Assembly: GCA_034667405.1 (NCBI GenBank)
Contig: JAXDJX010000018.1
Coordinates: forward strand, 213,065 to 277,064
Source: Actinomycetota bacterium
GTDB taxonomy: Bacteria; Actinomycetota; UBA4738; HRBIN12
Length of the DNA: 64,000 nucleotides
Direction of reading: 5' to 3'
Shown here: one piece after another, positions 8,779 through 18,665 of the stretch
How positions within the stretch are numbered: position 1 is the stretch's first letter
Layout: each line of letters begins with the position of its first letter
Notes under the pieces: generated by a model
Databases searched by the model: none
What the model was told of the DNA's origin: nothing
Seen by the model: only the letters and a program-made list of their open reading frames with translations
Program-made: the position numbers and the translations under genes

Positions 8779-9960
8779 ATGGTGAACGAACGGCAGGAGA
8801 TGCTCGAGAAGAGCGCAACGCTGTACTTCGGTCCGTGGTACCGGAAGTCGCCGTTCTTCGAGGCGACCAGACGCGCGGGGTGTACCGCGTACGACATCTA
8901 CAACCACATGTACCTCCCGGGGTACTACGACGACGTCGAGGTCGAGTACTGGGCGTTGAACAACGCCGTCACCGTCTGGGATGTCGGTGTCGAGCGGACG
9001 GTCCAGGTCTCCGGTCCCGATGCCGATCGCCTGATCGACATGATCACCTGCCGTGACCTGACGAAGTGCGCGCTGAAGCAGGGGAAGTACATGTTGGTGA
9101 CCGCTCCGGACGGTTCGATCGTGAACGACCCGGTCCTCCTCCACGTGGCCAAGGACGTCTGGTGGATGCAGCTCGCGGATTCCGATGCGGGCCTGTATGC
9201 GTTGGGCGTCGCGGCCGCAGCTGGGCTCGACGTCGAGGTCAGCCTTCCCGACGTGCACCCGATGCAGGTCCAGGGACCAGACTCCGGTAAGACCTTGGAG
9301 AAGCTCGTGGGCAAGGGCATCTACGACATCAAGTACTACTGGGTCGAAGAGTTCGCGATCAAGGGGATCCCCGTCGTCATCAGCCGAACCGGCTGGACAG
9401 CGATCCCGGGATTCGAGGTCAATCTCCTGGACGGTACGCAGGGCGACGCGCTCTGGGATGCCGTCATGGAGGCCGGCCAGGAGTTCGACATCCGGCCGAT
9501 CGCTCCGTGCGAGGCTCGTCGCATCGAAGGTGGGATCTTCAACTACGGCTCGGACATCAAGCTCGGCGACACACCGTTCCACGTGATGGGCCTGGAGCGC
9601 CTGGTGGAAGGGCAGCCGCAGGACTACATCGGGAAGGCGGCGCTCGAGTCGATCCGCAGGAGCGGCGTAGACCGCAAGCTGGTTGGTATCGAACTCGACG
9701 GGGACGAACTCCGTGCGGAGATGTCGGAGTACTGGTACGCCTTCAAGGACGGGAAGAAGGTCGGCCACATGACCGACGCCGTCTGGTCGCCCGGGCTGAA
9801 GAAGAACATCGGCTACGTCTGGGTTCCCATCGACCTGGCGAACCCGGGCAATGTCCTCGACATCGAGACCGAGGATGGTGGCCACCTGGTCGGGACCACC
9901 ACCACCATCCCGTTCGTGGATCCCAGGAAGGAACGCCCGGCCGCCCCGATGGCGAGCTGA
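8779..9960 (+). CDS. GcvT-family aminomethyltransferase-like folate-binding protein (paralogue 2)
   Basis: About 45% identical to the upstream paralogue along its length (FFEATRRAG, VWDVGVERTVQVSGPD, RRIEGGIFNYG). ATG at 8779 follows a GGAGGAAG RBS; the ORF opens at TTG 8731. Confidence 0.75.
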   Translation: MVNERQEMLEKSATLYFGPWYRKSPFFEATRRAGCTAYDIYNHMYLPGYYDDVEVEYWALNNAVTVWDVGVERTVQVSGPDADRLIDMITCRDLTKCALKQGKYMLVTAPDGSIVNDPVLLHVAKDVWWMQLADSDAGLYALGVAAAAGLDVEVSLPDVHPMQVQGPDSGKTLEKLVGKGIYDIKYYWVEEFAIKGIPVVISRTGWTAIPGFEVNLLDGTQGDALWDAVMEAGQEFDIRPIAPCEARRIEGGIFNYGSDIKLGDTPFHVMGLERLVEGQPQDYIGKAALESIRRSGVDRKLVGIELDGDELRAEMSEYWYAFKDGKKVGHMTDAVWSPGLKKNIGYVWVPIDLANPGNVLDIETEDGGHLVGTTTTIPFVDPRKERPAAPMAS

Positions 9961-10072
9961 TCAGGCGGGAACCCCTCCGGCGTATGCAGGCGCGCGCGAT
10001 ACGCTGGAGGGGTCGAACCGCCGGGTGCATCCGTGTCGAATGGTTCCCGGTTGACTGCCGAAAGGACCACCG

Positions 10073-11182
10073 ATGCGCCGAAGGCTCCTGCTCGTCCCGC
10101 TCGCCCTCCTGATGATGGCGGCCAGTGCGTGCACGCTAACCTATGGCAGCTCTTCGGCCGTCCAGACGGCTCAGATCGAGAACCTTCCTCCACTACCCGC
10201 CTCCGCCCAGCCCGTGGAAGCGGTCGTACGCAGGGTGCTCCCGTCGGTGGTGAGCGTGACGACGGATCTGTTCCAGGCCGATCAGTTCGGCGGTGCGAAC
10301 GAGGGACAAGGCGTGGGAACGGGGTTCGTCGTTCGATCTGACGGCATCATCGTCACGAACTGCCACGTCGTTGAAGGAGCCACGCGCATCACCGTGGCCA
10401 CCTCCGCGGATCATCCCCAGAGGTACACCGCGCGCGTGATCGGCGGGGACTGCGAGCACGATGTGGCGATCCTGAAGATCTCGGCCAATGGCCTGCACAC
10501 CGTCCAACTCGGCAACTCCTCGGGTCTCCAGCTCGGAGAGAGTGTGGTCGCCATCGGATACGCGTTGGCACTCGACGGCGGTCCCACGGTCACCACCGGC
10601 ATCGTCTCGTCACTGCACAGGACCATCAAGGCGCAAGATCCGGGATGCACCACATGCCAGAACGGCCTCCGAACGTACAGCGACATCATCCAGACCGACG
10701 CAGCCATCAACCATGGAAACTCCGGTGGCCCACTCGTCGACATGGCGGGCCGCGTCGTCGGGATGAACAGCGCCGGCGTTGATTCGGCGCAGAGCATCGG
10801 GTTCGCCATCGCCATCGATTCTCTGAAGGAAACCGTCAGCCACGCCGAGACCAACCCGTTGGCGCCTACCGGCTATATGGGCATCGAAACCAGGAGCGTG
10901 ACCGCGGCCATCGCCCTCCAGCTGAACCTCACCGTCAAGAGCGGTGCCTACATCCTGGGCACGACGTCGGGCGGACCAGCCGAGAAGGCGGGGATAAAGC
11001 AAGGGGACGTGATCGTTTCGCTGAACGGCCACCCGATCGCGACATCGGACGAACTGGCACCGATTCTCGATTCCCTGAAGCCGGGAACGACCGTCTCCGT
11101 TCTGGTCGTCGGGAAAGACGGTAGGCGGTCGACGGTCAACGTCACCCTGGGCGAACGACCCCTTCCCACCCAGCTGCCCTGA
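10073..11182 (+). CDS. HtrA/DegP-family trypsin-like serine protease with C-terminal PDZ domain, probable lipoprotein
   Basis: Signal peptide with lipobox-like AASAC; catalytic triad contexts TNCHVV / DVAILKI / GNSGGPL; PDZ region GAYILGTTSGGPAEKAGIKQGDVIVSLNG. Confidence 0.8.
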   Translation: MRRRLLLVPLALLMMAASACTLTYGSSSAVQTAQIENLPPLPASAQPVEAVVRRVLPSVVSVTTDLFQADQFGGANEGQGVGTGFVVRSDGIIVTNCHVVEGATRITVATSADHPQRYTARVIGGDCEHDVAILKISANGLHTVQLGNSSGLQLGESVVAIGYALALDGGPTVTTGIVSSLHRTIKAQDPGCTTCQNGLRTYSDIIQTDAAINHGNSGGPLVDMAGRVVGMNSAGVDSAQSIGFAIAIDSLKETVSHAETNPLAPTGYMGIETRSVTAAIALQLNLTVKSGAYILGTTSGGPAEKAGIKQGDVIVSLNGHPIATSDELAPILDSLKPGTTVSVLVVGKDGRRSTVNVTLGERPLPTQLP

Positions 11183-11325
11183 TCGGCAGGCCAACCTCGT
11201 GACGTCCGGGCCGGCGGAGGCGCCGGCCCCCGAAGGGTGCGTTAGCCTGGTCGCGTGAAGCCCGACCAGTGCACGCTCGCGCCTGCCCTTCCCGTCGTTC
11301 AGCCGCGTGCTCCGGGAGGGGGGGT

Positions 11326-12111
11326 ATGAACCCGCCGTTCCAACCGGGGGAGCGCGTGATGTTCGTCGATCAGCGGGGTCGTACGTACCTGGTCAAGCTT
11401 CAGGCGAAAGGCACGTATCACACGCACAGTGGCACGCTGCCGCACGACGAGATCCTGGGCAAGCCCGAGGGCATCAGGGTGGAGACCTCTGGGGGGATGG
11501 TGCTGACGGCGTTCCGCCCCAGGTTCGCTGATTTCGCATTGAAGATGCCACGCGGAGCCCAGGTGATCTACCCGAAGGACCTAGGCCCGATCCTCATGTA
11601 CGCGGACGTGCATCCCGGAGCGCGGGTGCTTGAGGCCGGGACGGGCTCGGGAGCACTCACCATCGCGCTCCTACGGGCGGTGGGCGGCGAGGGCACGGTC
11701 ACCTCCTACGACCTGCGGGACGAACATCAGGCGCACGCGATCCAGAACATCGAGGCCTTCTTCGGCAAGGTCCCCGCTACCCTCACGCTCCGGACGGGGG
11801 ATGTGCGCGACGTTCCGCCGGAGGAATCCTTCGACCGGTGTCTCCTCGATCTCCCGGAACCGTGGGGCCCGCTTCCGGCCGTCCACAGGGTGCTCGAGCC
11901 GGGGGGTGTCGTGTGCGCCTATCTCCCCACCACAGTGCAGGTCCAGCAGCTGGTTGTCGCGCTGCCGGCTCACGGGTTCCTCCACGTGGAGACGTTCGAA
12001 GTCATGCACCGGGGATGGCACGTAACGGAGCGCAGCGTGCGGCCGGACCACCGGATGGTAGGCCATACGGGGTTCCTCACGATCGCGAGAGCTGTCGGCT
12101 CACCGGCCTAG
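11326..12111 (+). CDS. trmI: tRNA (adenine58-N1)-methyltransferase TrmI
   Basis: Near-collinear similarity to Mtb Rv2118c (MPRGAQVIYPKD, GARVLEAGTGSGALT, HTGFLTIAR), and it sits upstream of arc as in mycobacteria. ATG at 11326 follows a GGGAGGGGGG RBS. Confidence 0.85.
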   Translation: MNPPFQPGERVMFVDQRGRTYLVKLQAKGTYHTHSGTLPHDEILGKPEGIRVETSGGMVLTAFRPRFADFALKMPRGAQVIYPKDLGPILMYADVHPGARVLEAGTGSGALTIALLRAVGGEGTVTSYDLRDEHQAHAIQNIEAFFGKVPATLTLRTGDVRDVPPEESFDRCLLDLPEPWGPLPAVHRVLEPGGVVCAYLPTTVQVQQLVVALPAHGFLHVETFEVMHRGWHVTERSVRPDHRMVGHTGFLTIARAVGSPA

Positions 12112-12275
12112 CCCGGTGAGGGGCAGCTGGGACATCTCGGCGGATACCTTGTTCTAGGCGTAAGCCGAAGGGCCTGTCGTGCCGTATGAGTGGGGAGAGG
12201 ACCATGTTGCCGAGCCTCCCGGTTCGCATCATGGCCGCCCATATACTGAATGCTTCTGACGGGAGATGAGCACCG

Positions 12276-14018
12276 ATGGCTGGTTCTCGCGAACAGATGG
12301 AACAGTTCGAGCACGAGAAGCATGAACTCGTAACGCAGGTGAAGTTCCTCGAAGAGGAGGTCGGCCTCCTGCGCCGTCGTCTGACCAACGCGCCCCGTCA
12401 GGTCACGCTGCTCGAAGAGAAGATCATCGAGACCCGCGAGCAACTCGCGCGAGCCATGGGACAGAACCAGAAACTCGCGGACGCCCTGCGCGCCGAGCGC
12501 GAGAAGATCGAAGGATTGCTCGAAGAGGTCGAGAAGCTCAGCCAGCCCCCGGCTTCGTTCGGTGTCTACCTCAGCACGAACGACGACGGCTCGATGGACA
12601 TCTTCACGGCTGGCCGCAAGATGCGCGTGCTCCCTGCCCCCGACCTGGAGGACGACAAGATCCACCCCGGGGCCCAGGTCATCCTCAACGAATCCTTGAA
12701 CGTCGTCGAGGTCCTGCAACCCGACGGGGCCGGTGAGATCGTCAAGGTTAAGGATCGGCTGGACGAGCGGCGGGTGATGGTGATCGGCCGGGGAGAAGAG
12801 CAGTGGGTCGCTCACATGGCCGGCGATCTGATCGAGCGCGGCGTTCGTGCCGGCGACAACCTCCTGTACGACCCTCGGTCGGGAGTCGCGCTGGAACTCT
12901 TGCCGAAGGAGCAGGTGGAGGAACTGGTTCTCGAGGAGATCCCCGACGTCAGTTACGAAGACATCGGCGGCCTGGAGGGCCAGATCGAATCCATCCGCGA
13001 CGCGGTGGAGCTGCCGTTCCTCTACTCGGAGCTGTTCCACGAGCACGAATTGGAGCCACCGAAGGGTGTGCTGCTCTACGGGCCTCCAGGGTGCGGCAAG
13101 ACGCTCATCGCCAAGGCTGTTGCAGCGTCACTGGCGGAGAAGGTTGCGGAGCGCACGGGCCGCAAAGACGCGCGCTCGTACTTCCTCAATGTGAAAGGCC
13201 CCGAACTTCTGAACAAGTACGTCGGGGAAACCGAGCGCCAGATCCGCGAGATCTTCCAACGCGCGAAGGAGCGGAGCGAGGAAGGACTTCCCGTCATCGT
13301 CTTCTTCGACGAGATGGACTCGATCTTCCGCACGCGAGGCACGGGGATCAGCTCGGACGTCGAATCCACGATCGTCCCGCAGTTGCTGTCTGAACTTGAC
13401 GGCGTAGAGACGCTGAAGAACGTCATCGTCATCGGCGCCTCCAACCGCGAGGACCTCATCGACCCCGCGATCCTGCGTCCCGGCCGCTTGGACGTGAAGA
13501 TCAAGATCGAGCGCCCGAACGCACCACAGGCGAAAGACATCATGGCGAAGTACCTCCACCCGGTCGTCCCCATCCATCCCGACGAGGTCGGCCGCTACGG
13601 TGGGGACGCGCAGCAGGCCTGTTTCCGGATGATCGACAAGACCGTCGAGCAGATGTACGAACTCAACGACATCAACCGGTTCCTCGAGGTCACGTACGCA
13701 AGCGGGGACAAGGAGATCCTTTACTTCAAGGACTTCAACTCTGGCGCGATGATCGAGAACATCGTTCGCCGTGCCAAGAAGGACGCCATCAAGCGGTTCT
13801 TGTCCAAGGGAGAGAAGGGCATCAAGACCGAGGACCTGCTGACCGCCATCCGGGACGAGTTCAAGGAGAACGAAGACCTCCCCAACACCACCAACCCGGA
13901 TGACTGGGCCCGCATCTCGGGCAAGAAAGGCGAGCGGATCGTCTACGTCCGAACGCTCCTTGGCAGTGAAGGCGACGGGCGTCAGGTCGACCGCGTGAGT
14001 CCTGGGCAGTACCTGTAA
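12276..14018 (+). CDS. arc: Proteasome-associated AAA ATPase ARC/Mpa
   Basis: N-terminal coiled coil, an OB region, the AAA motifs GPPGCGKT and VVFFDEMDS, and the C-terminal GQYL proteasome-docking tail. Confidence 0.95.
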   Translation: MAGSREQMEQFEHEKHELVTQVKFLEEEVGLLRRRLTNAPRQVTLLEEKIIETREQLARAMGQNQKLADALRAEREKIEGLLEEVEKLSQPPASFGVYLSTNDDGSMDIFTAGRKMRVLPAPDLEDDKIHPGAQVILNESLNVVEVLQPDGAGEIVKVKDRLDERRVMVIGRGEEQWVAHMAGDLIERGVRAGDNLLYDPRSGVALELLPKEQVEELVLEEIPDVSYEDIGGLEGQIESIRDAVELPFLYSELFHEHELEPPKGVLLYGPPGCGKTLIAKAVAASLAEKVAERTGRKDARSYFLNVKGPELLNKYVGETERQIREIFQRAKERSEEGLPVIVFFDEMDSIFRTRGTGISSDVESTIVPQLLSELDGVETLKNVIVIGASNREDLIDPAILRPGRLDVKIKIERPNAPQAKDIMAKYLHPVVPIHPDEVGRYGGDAQQACFRMIDKTVEQMYELNDINRFLEVTYASGDKEILYFKDFNSGAMIENIVRRAKKDAIKRFLSKGEKGIKTEDLLTAIRDEFKENEDLPNTTNPDDWARISGKKGERIVYVRTLLGSEGDGRQVDRVSPGQYL

Positions 14019-14027
14019 GGTGGCCCG

Positions 14028-15518
14028 GTGGCCATCCCGAAGGTCTTCGGTACCGAGACGGAATACGGCATCGCGGCGGCCGGTGCGCCGGACTTCAATC
14101 CGGTCCTGTCGTCCTCGATCCTCATCTCGTCCTACGCGGGGTCGCTCCGGCGGATCCGCTGGGATTACGAGGACGAGTCCCCGCTTCGTGATGCCCGCGG
14201 CTTCGAACCCGTTCCTGCGAACAAGGGAACCGACGAGGATCTCGGTCTCGCGAACGTCATCCTTCCCAACGGGGCCCGCTACTACGTAGATCACGCGCAC
14301 CCCGAGTACTCGACGCCCGAGTGCCTCTCGCCTCGCCAACTGGTCATCCACGACAAGGCCGGCGAACGGATCCTGGAACGCTCCCTGGACGAGGTCATCC
14401 GCCAGATGCCCACAACGACTCCTGCCTTGTCGATCTACAAGAACAACTCCGACGGCAAGGGCAACTCCTACGGCACCCATGAGAACTATCTGATGGATCG
14501 GGCCACGCCCTTCGGCGACATCGTTCGGGACCTCACACCGTTCTTCGTGTCACGGATCATCTTCACCGGGGCGGGCAAGCTCGGCGCCGAGGCGCAGTAC
14601 GACGAGCGCGGTCGTGCCATCTACCAACTCACGCAGCGGGCGGACTTCTTCGAAACGGAGGTGGGTCTCGAGACCACCCTGAAGCGCCCGATCATCAACA
14701 CCAGGGATGAACCGCACGCCGATCCCGAACGGTACCGCCGACTCCACGTCATCGTCGGCGACGCCAACATGTGCGAGGTGGCGCAGTTCCTGAAGATAGG
14801 AACGACGGCGATCGTGCTCAAGATGATCGAGGACCGTGCCCTTCCCGACCTTTCCCTCCAGGGGCCAGTGGCGTCTCTGCACGCAGTCTCGCGCGACCTG
14901 ACATGCCGCGACGTCGAGATCGCCTTGGTCGACGGACGCAAGCTCACCGCCCTGCAACTTCAATGGGAGTACTTGGAACACGCGAAGAAGTACGTGGAGC
15001 GAGAGGACGACACCCCCGAGAACGCCGAGGTGATGGAACGATGGGAGTCGACCCTCACTGCCTTGGAGAGCGAACCGCTGTCACTCCACCGCGAACTCGA
15101 CTGGGTAGCCAAGTATCGGATGCTGACGGCCTACAAGGAACGAGACAACCTTGAGTGGAAGGACGCCAAGCTGCACGCTATCGACCTGCAGTATCACGAC
15201 GTGCGGCGTGACAAGGGCTTGTATTACCGCCTGGTGGCGGCGGGCAAGGTGGAGCGATTGGTGAGCGACGCCGATATCGAGACTGCCGTCATGGAGCCCC
15301 CGCACGATACGCGCGCCTACTTCCGAGGCCGATGCATCTCCCGTTATCCCGACGCGATCTCCGCGGCCTCGTGGGACTCCTTGATCCTGGATACGGGTCA
15401 AGATGCCTTGCAGCGCATCCCGATGCGCGAACCCCTCCGAGGGACCAAGGAGCATGTCGAGGCGCTGCTCGACGCGTGCGAGACCGCAGCAGAACTCGTC
15501 ACCGAGCTACGGGCCTAA
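14028..15518 (+). CDS. dop: Pup deamidase/depupylase Dop
   Basis: Dop/PafA superfamily start (FGTETEYGI), the Dop-specific internal loop insertion, and its position between arc and pup. Confidence 0.9.
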   Translation: MAIPKVFGTETEYGIAAAGAPDFNPVLSSSILISSYAGSLRRIRWDYEDESPLRDARGFEPVPANKGTDEDLGLANVILPNGARYYVDHAHPEYSTPECLSPRQLVIHDKAGERILERSLDEVIRQMPTTTPALSIYKNNSDGKGNSYGTHENYLMDRATPFGDIVRDLTPFFVSRIIFTGAGKLGAEAQYDERGRAIYQLTQRADFFETEVGLETTLKRPIINTRDEPHADPERYRRLHVIVGDANMCEVAQFLKIGTTAIVLKMIEDRALPDLSLQGPVASLHAVSRDLTCRDVEIALVDGRKLTALQLQWEYLEHAKKYVEREDDTPENAEVMERWESTLTALESEPLSLHRELDWVAKYRMLTAYKERDNLEWKDAKLHAIDLQYHDVRRDKGLYYRLVAAGKVERLVSDADIETAVMEPPHDTRAYFRGRCISRYPDAISAASWDSLILDTGQDALQRIPMREPLRGTKEHVEALLDACETAAELVTELRA

Positions 15519-15545
15519 CTGGTTTGACAGATCCCTCGGCTAGGA

Positions 15546-15776
15546 TTGGTGGAGCGGAAAGGAGCACCGGTGCCTGAACAGGAACAGAAACGGATCCAGA
15601 AGAAGGGCGGCGGGGGCGGCGACACTGACGCCGCCGACGCCGGTCAGGTCAGCGGATCCACGAAGGCCGCCGAGCTGAAAGAGGAGATGGACGACATCCT
15701 CGAGGAGATCGACTCCGTCCTTGAGGAGAACGCCGAGGAGTTCGTCAAGTCCTACGTCCAGAAGGGCGGGGAGTGA
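15546..15776 (+). CDS. pup: Prokaryotic ubiquitin-like protein Pup (GGE C-terminus)
   Basis: 76 aa, acidic and disordered, with a C-terminal helix ...EEFVKSYVQKGGE ending Gly-Gly-Glu, immediately upstream of prcB. Confidence 0.9.
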   Translation: MVERKGAPVPEQEQKRIQKKGGGGGDTDAADAGQVSGSTKAAELKEEMDDILEEIDSVLEENAEEFVKSYVQKGGE

Positions 15777-16579
15777 GCGAGCGCCTCCTGCCCCTCACCG
15801 GTTCGGCGTTCGGCGCCAACCCCTCGTTCATGGATCTCATCCGCAAGGTGGCCCCTGAGGCGCTTCCCGCCGCGCTCGTGGCCCCCTCCGGTGCACCCGG
15901 CCTCACAGACGTGCGTCACGGCACCACGGTCCTCGGCCTCAAGTACGCCGACGGGGTGATCATGGCCGGCGACCGCAGGGCGACGGCCGGTTACTCCATC
16001 GCCGACGCCAAGATGCGCAAGGTCTTCGCGGCAGACGACTTCAGTGCCATCGCCATCGCGGGCGCTGCCGGCATGGCCCTGGACATGGTCAAACTCTTCC
16101 AGCTCGAACTGGAGCATTACGAGAAGCTCACCGGCGATCGGTTGTCCCTTGAGGGGAAGGCGAACCGCCTGGCGCAGATGATCCGTGGCAACTTCCCGCT
16201 GGCGATGCAAGGCCTGGTCGTGGTGCCGCTGTTCGGAGGGTTCGATCTTCGTCGCGGCGAGGGAAGGATCTTCTACTACGACGCAACGGGCGGCCGGTGG
16301 GAGGAGGACGATTTCCAGACGAACGGAAGCGGGGGACAGCCCGCAAAGAACTCACTGAAGAAGCGGTGGAAGCCGGGGTTGGGTCGTGAAGAGGCCATAC
16401 GCGTCTCTGTTGAAGCCTTGATGGATGCGGCGGAGGACGATGTCGCCACCGGCGGCCCGGATGTTGCACGCAAGATCTACCCGATCGTGTTGGCCGTGAC
16501 CGCCACCGGTGCGGACGATGTGCCGCAGGACGAGGTTGCCGCCGCGGTCACGAGCGTCCTGGAGGAGCGAGCTCGATGA
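15773..16579 (+). CDS. prcB: 20S proteasome beta subunit PrcB (with propeptide)
   Basis: The propeptide is followed by the HGTTVLGLKY catalytic Thr-1 context. A GTG start overlaps the pup stop (GTGA). Confidence 0.95.
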   Translation: MSERLLPLTGSAFGANPSFMDLIRKVAPEALPAALVAPSGAPGLTDVRHGTTVLGLKYADGVIMAGDRRATAGYSIADAKMRKVFAADDFSAIAIAGAAGMALDMVKLFQLELEHYEKLTGDRLSLEGKANRLAQMIRGNFPLAMQGLVVVPLFGGFDLRRGEGRIFYYDATGGRWEEDDFQTNGSGGQPAKNSLKKRWKPGLGREEAIRVSVEALMDAAEDDVATGGPDVARKIYPIVLAVTATGADDVPQDEVAAAVTSVLEERAR

Positions 16580-17256
16580 GCTTCATGCCCTACGTCTCGC
16601 CCGACCAGATGATGAAGGACCGTTCGGAATATGCGCACAAGGGGATCGCGCGAGGGCGTTCGGTCATCGGGGTGGAGTACAAGGACGGACTGCTGTTCAT
16701 CGCGGAGAACCCGTCCGCGACCCTCCATAAGATCAGCGAGGTCTACGACCACATCGCGTTCGCCGGGGTGGGCAAGTACAGCGAATTCGAGGATCTGCGG
16801 ATCGCCGGGATCCGGCTCGCGGACATGCGCGGGTACTCCTACGGCCGCGAGGACGTCAAAGCCCGCGATCTGGCGAACGCGTACAGCCAAGCGCTCTCGA
16901 CGATCTTCACCCAGCAGATGAAGCCCTACGAGGTGGAGATCCTCGTGGGAGAGGTCGACGGCGAGGCAGCCGGGACCACGCTCTACCACGTCATGTTCGA
17001 CGGAAGCATCAATGACGAACACGGCACGGTGGCCATCGGCGGACACGCCGAGGAGCTGAACGAAGCCCTCAAGAGCCGCTACGAGGCCGGCTGGGACCTG
17101 GCAACGGCGGTGAAGACCGCGGCTGAGGTCATCGGCGGACCTGAGGCCACCATCGCCCCGGATCAACTCGAAGCCGGGATCCTGGACCGAACGAAGACCC
17201 ACCGGCGCAAGTTCCGCCGTCTCGACGACACCGAGATCGCCGGGATCCTCGGCTGA
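16576..17256 (+). CDS. prcA: 20S proteasome alpha subunit PrcA
   Basis: The whole 226-aa protein reads as a PrcA homologue (e.g. YSFATDAR / GVEYKDGLLF segments). Its ATG overlaps the prcB stop (ATGA). Confidence 0.95.
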   Translation: MSFMPYVSPDQMMKDRSEYAHKGIARGRSVIGVEYKDGLLFIAENPSATLHKISEVYDHIAFAGVGKYSEFEDLRIAGIRLADMRGYSYGREDVKARDLANAYSQALSTIFTQQMKPYEVEILVGEVDGEAAGTTLYHVMFDGSINDEHGTVAIGGHAEELNEALKSRYEAGWDLATAVKTAAEVIGGPEATIAPDQLEAGILDRTKTHRRKFRRLDDTEIAGILG

Positions 17257-17303
17257 CGCCGCCTGGTCCCAGCCTGAACGCAGAAGCGCCCTAGACTCCT
17301 TGC

Positions 17304-18662
17304 ATGGACCGTCGGATCTTCGGCCTCGAGAACGAGTACGGCGTGACGTGTACCTTCCGCGGCCAGCGGCGCCTGAGTCCCGACGAGGTGGCCCGCTATC
17401 TCTTCCGCCGAGTGGTGCATTGGGGCCGTTCGTCCAACGTGTTCTTGGAGAACGGAGCGAGGCTCTACCTGGACGTGGGATCGCATCCCGAATACGCCAC
17501 CCCCGAGTGCGACGATGTGAAGGAACTGGTTGCCCACGACAAGGCGGGGGAGCGGATCCTCGAGGGGCTGCTCGCCGCCGCGGAGATCAGGCTGCACGAG
17601 GAGGGCATCAGCGGGCAGGTCTACCTCTTCAAGAACAACACGGACTCGGCCGGTAACTCCTACGGTTGCCATGAGAATTATCTGGTTGGGCGGCACGGGG
17701 AGTTCGCACGGATGGCCGATGTCCTGATCCCTTACTTCGTGACGCGGCAGATCTGGTGCGGTGCAGGCAAAGTCCTACACGGGCCGCGAGGGGCACAGTT
17801 CTGCATCAGCCAGAGGGCGGAGCACATCTGGGAGGGCGTGTCCAGCGCGACCACCCGTAGCCGGCCGATCATCAACACTCGCGATGAACCACACGCGGAC
17901 GCCGAGCGCTACCGCCGTCTCCATGTAATCGTTGGGGATTCCAACATGAGCGAATGGACCACGTTCATGAAGGTGGGGATCACGGACCTGGTGCTCCGGA
18001 TGCTGGAAGGCAACACGGTGATGCGCGACATGTCCCTCGAGAACCCGATCCGTGCCATCCGCGAGATCAGCCACGACCCCACCTGTGTACGGAAGGTGAA
18101 GCTGGCCAACGGCCGGGAAGTAACCGCGCTCGACATGCAGTACGAGTACCACGAGAAGACGGCCCGATTCCTGGAGCGGAGGGGAACCGATGAGGTCTCG
18201 AAGCTCCTGGTGACCGAATGGGGAGAGGCACTTGACGCTTTGAAGGTTGGTGAGCCCGAACGCTTGGCACGCCGGGTGGACTGGGTCACGAAGCGCCTCA
18301 TGATCGAGCGATACATGGCCAAGCACGACCTCCCGCTGTCCTCACCGAAGGTTGCGCTCCTTGATCTGGCCTATCACGACGTGAACCGCGCCAGGGGTCT
18401 CTACTACCTGCTCGAGCGAGGCGGCAAGGTCGACAGGATCTGTGAAGACGCGGCGATCAACCTCGCGATGCGCGAACCACCGCAGTCCACGCGCGCCAAG
18501 CTCCGCGGAGACTTCATCCGTCAGGCGAAGGCGAAGCGTCGCGACTACACGGTGGACTGGGTCCACCTGAAGCTCAACGACCAAGCCCAGCGAACGGTTC
18601 TCTGCAAGGATCCATTCAAAAGCGTCGACGAACGGGTGGACCAACTCATCGCCCACATGTAG
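17304..18662 (+). CDS. pafA: Pup--protein ligase PafA
   Basis: Near-collinear with Mtb PafA ([31 protein letters not shown], ...[23 protein letters not shown]). Confidence 0.95.
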   Translation: MDRRIFGLENEYGVTCTFRGQRRLSPDEVARYLFRRVVHWGRSSNVFLENGARLYLDVGSHPEYATPECDDVKELVAHDKAGERILEGLLAAAEIRLHEEGISGQVYLFKNNTDSAGNSYGCHENYLVGRHGEFARMADVLIPYFVTRQIWCGAGKVLHGPRGAQFCISQRAEHIWEGVSSATTRSRPIINTRDEPHADAERYRRLHVIVGDSNMSEWTTFMKVGITDLVLRMLEGNTVMRDMSLENPIRAIREISHDPTCVRKVKLANGREVTALDMQYEYHEKTARFLERRGTDEVSKLLVTEWGEALDALKVGEPERLARRVDWVTKRLMIERYMAKHDLPLSSPKVALLDLAYHDVNRARGLYYLLERGGKVDRICEDAAINLAMREPPQSTRAKLRGDFIRQAKAKRRDYTVDWVHLKLNDQAQRTVLCKDPFKSVDERVDQLIAHM

Positions 18663-18665
18663 CGG

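Noticed and set aside
4254-9885. Series of long minus-strand ORFs (4254..5909, 6015..7229, 7230..8516, 8476..9885) antisense to the amidohydrolase, Rieske and GcvT genes
   Set aside because: These are typical high-GC shadow ORFs. They are Arg/Pro/Gly-rich with no motifs and are fully overlapped by sense-strand genes that have clear domain signatures.
12108-14480. Long antisense ORFs within arc and dop (12108..13046, 13128..14480)
   Set aside because: Same shadow-ORF artefact. arc and dop on the plus strand have unambiguous AAA+ and Dop signatures.
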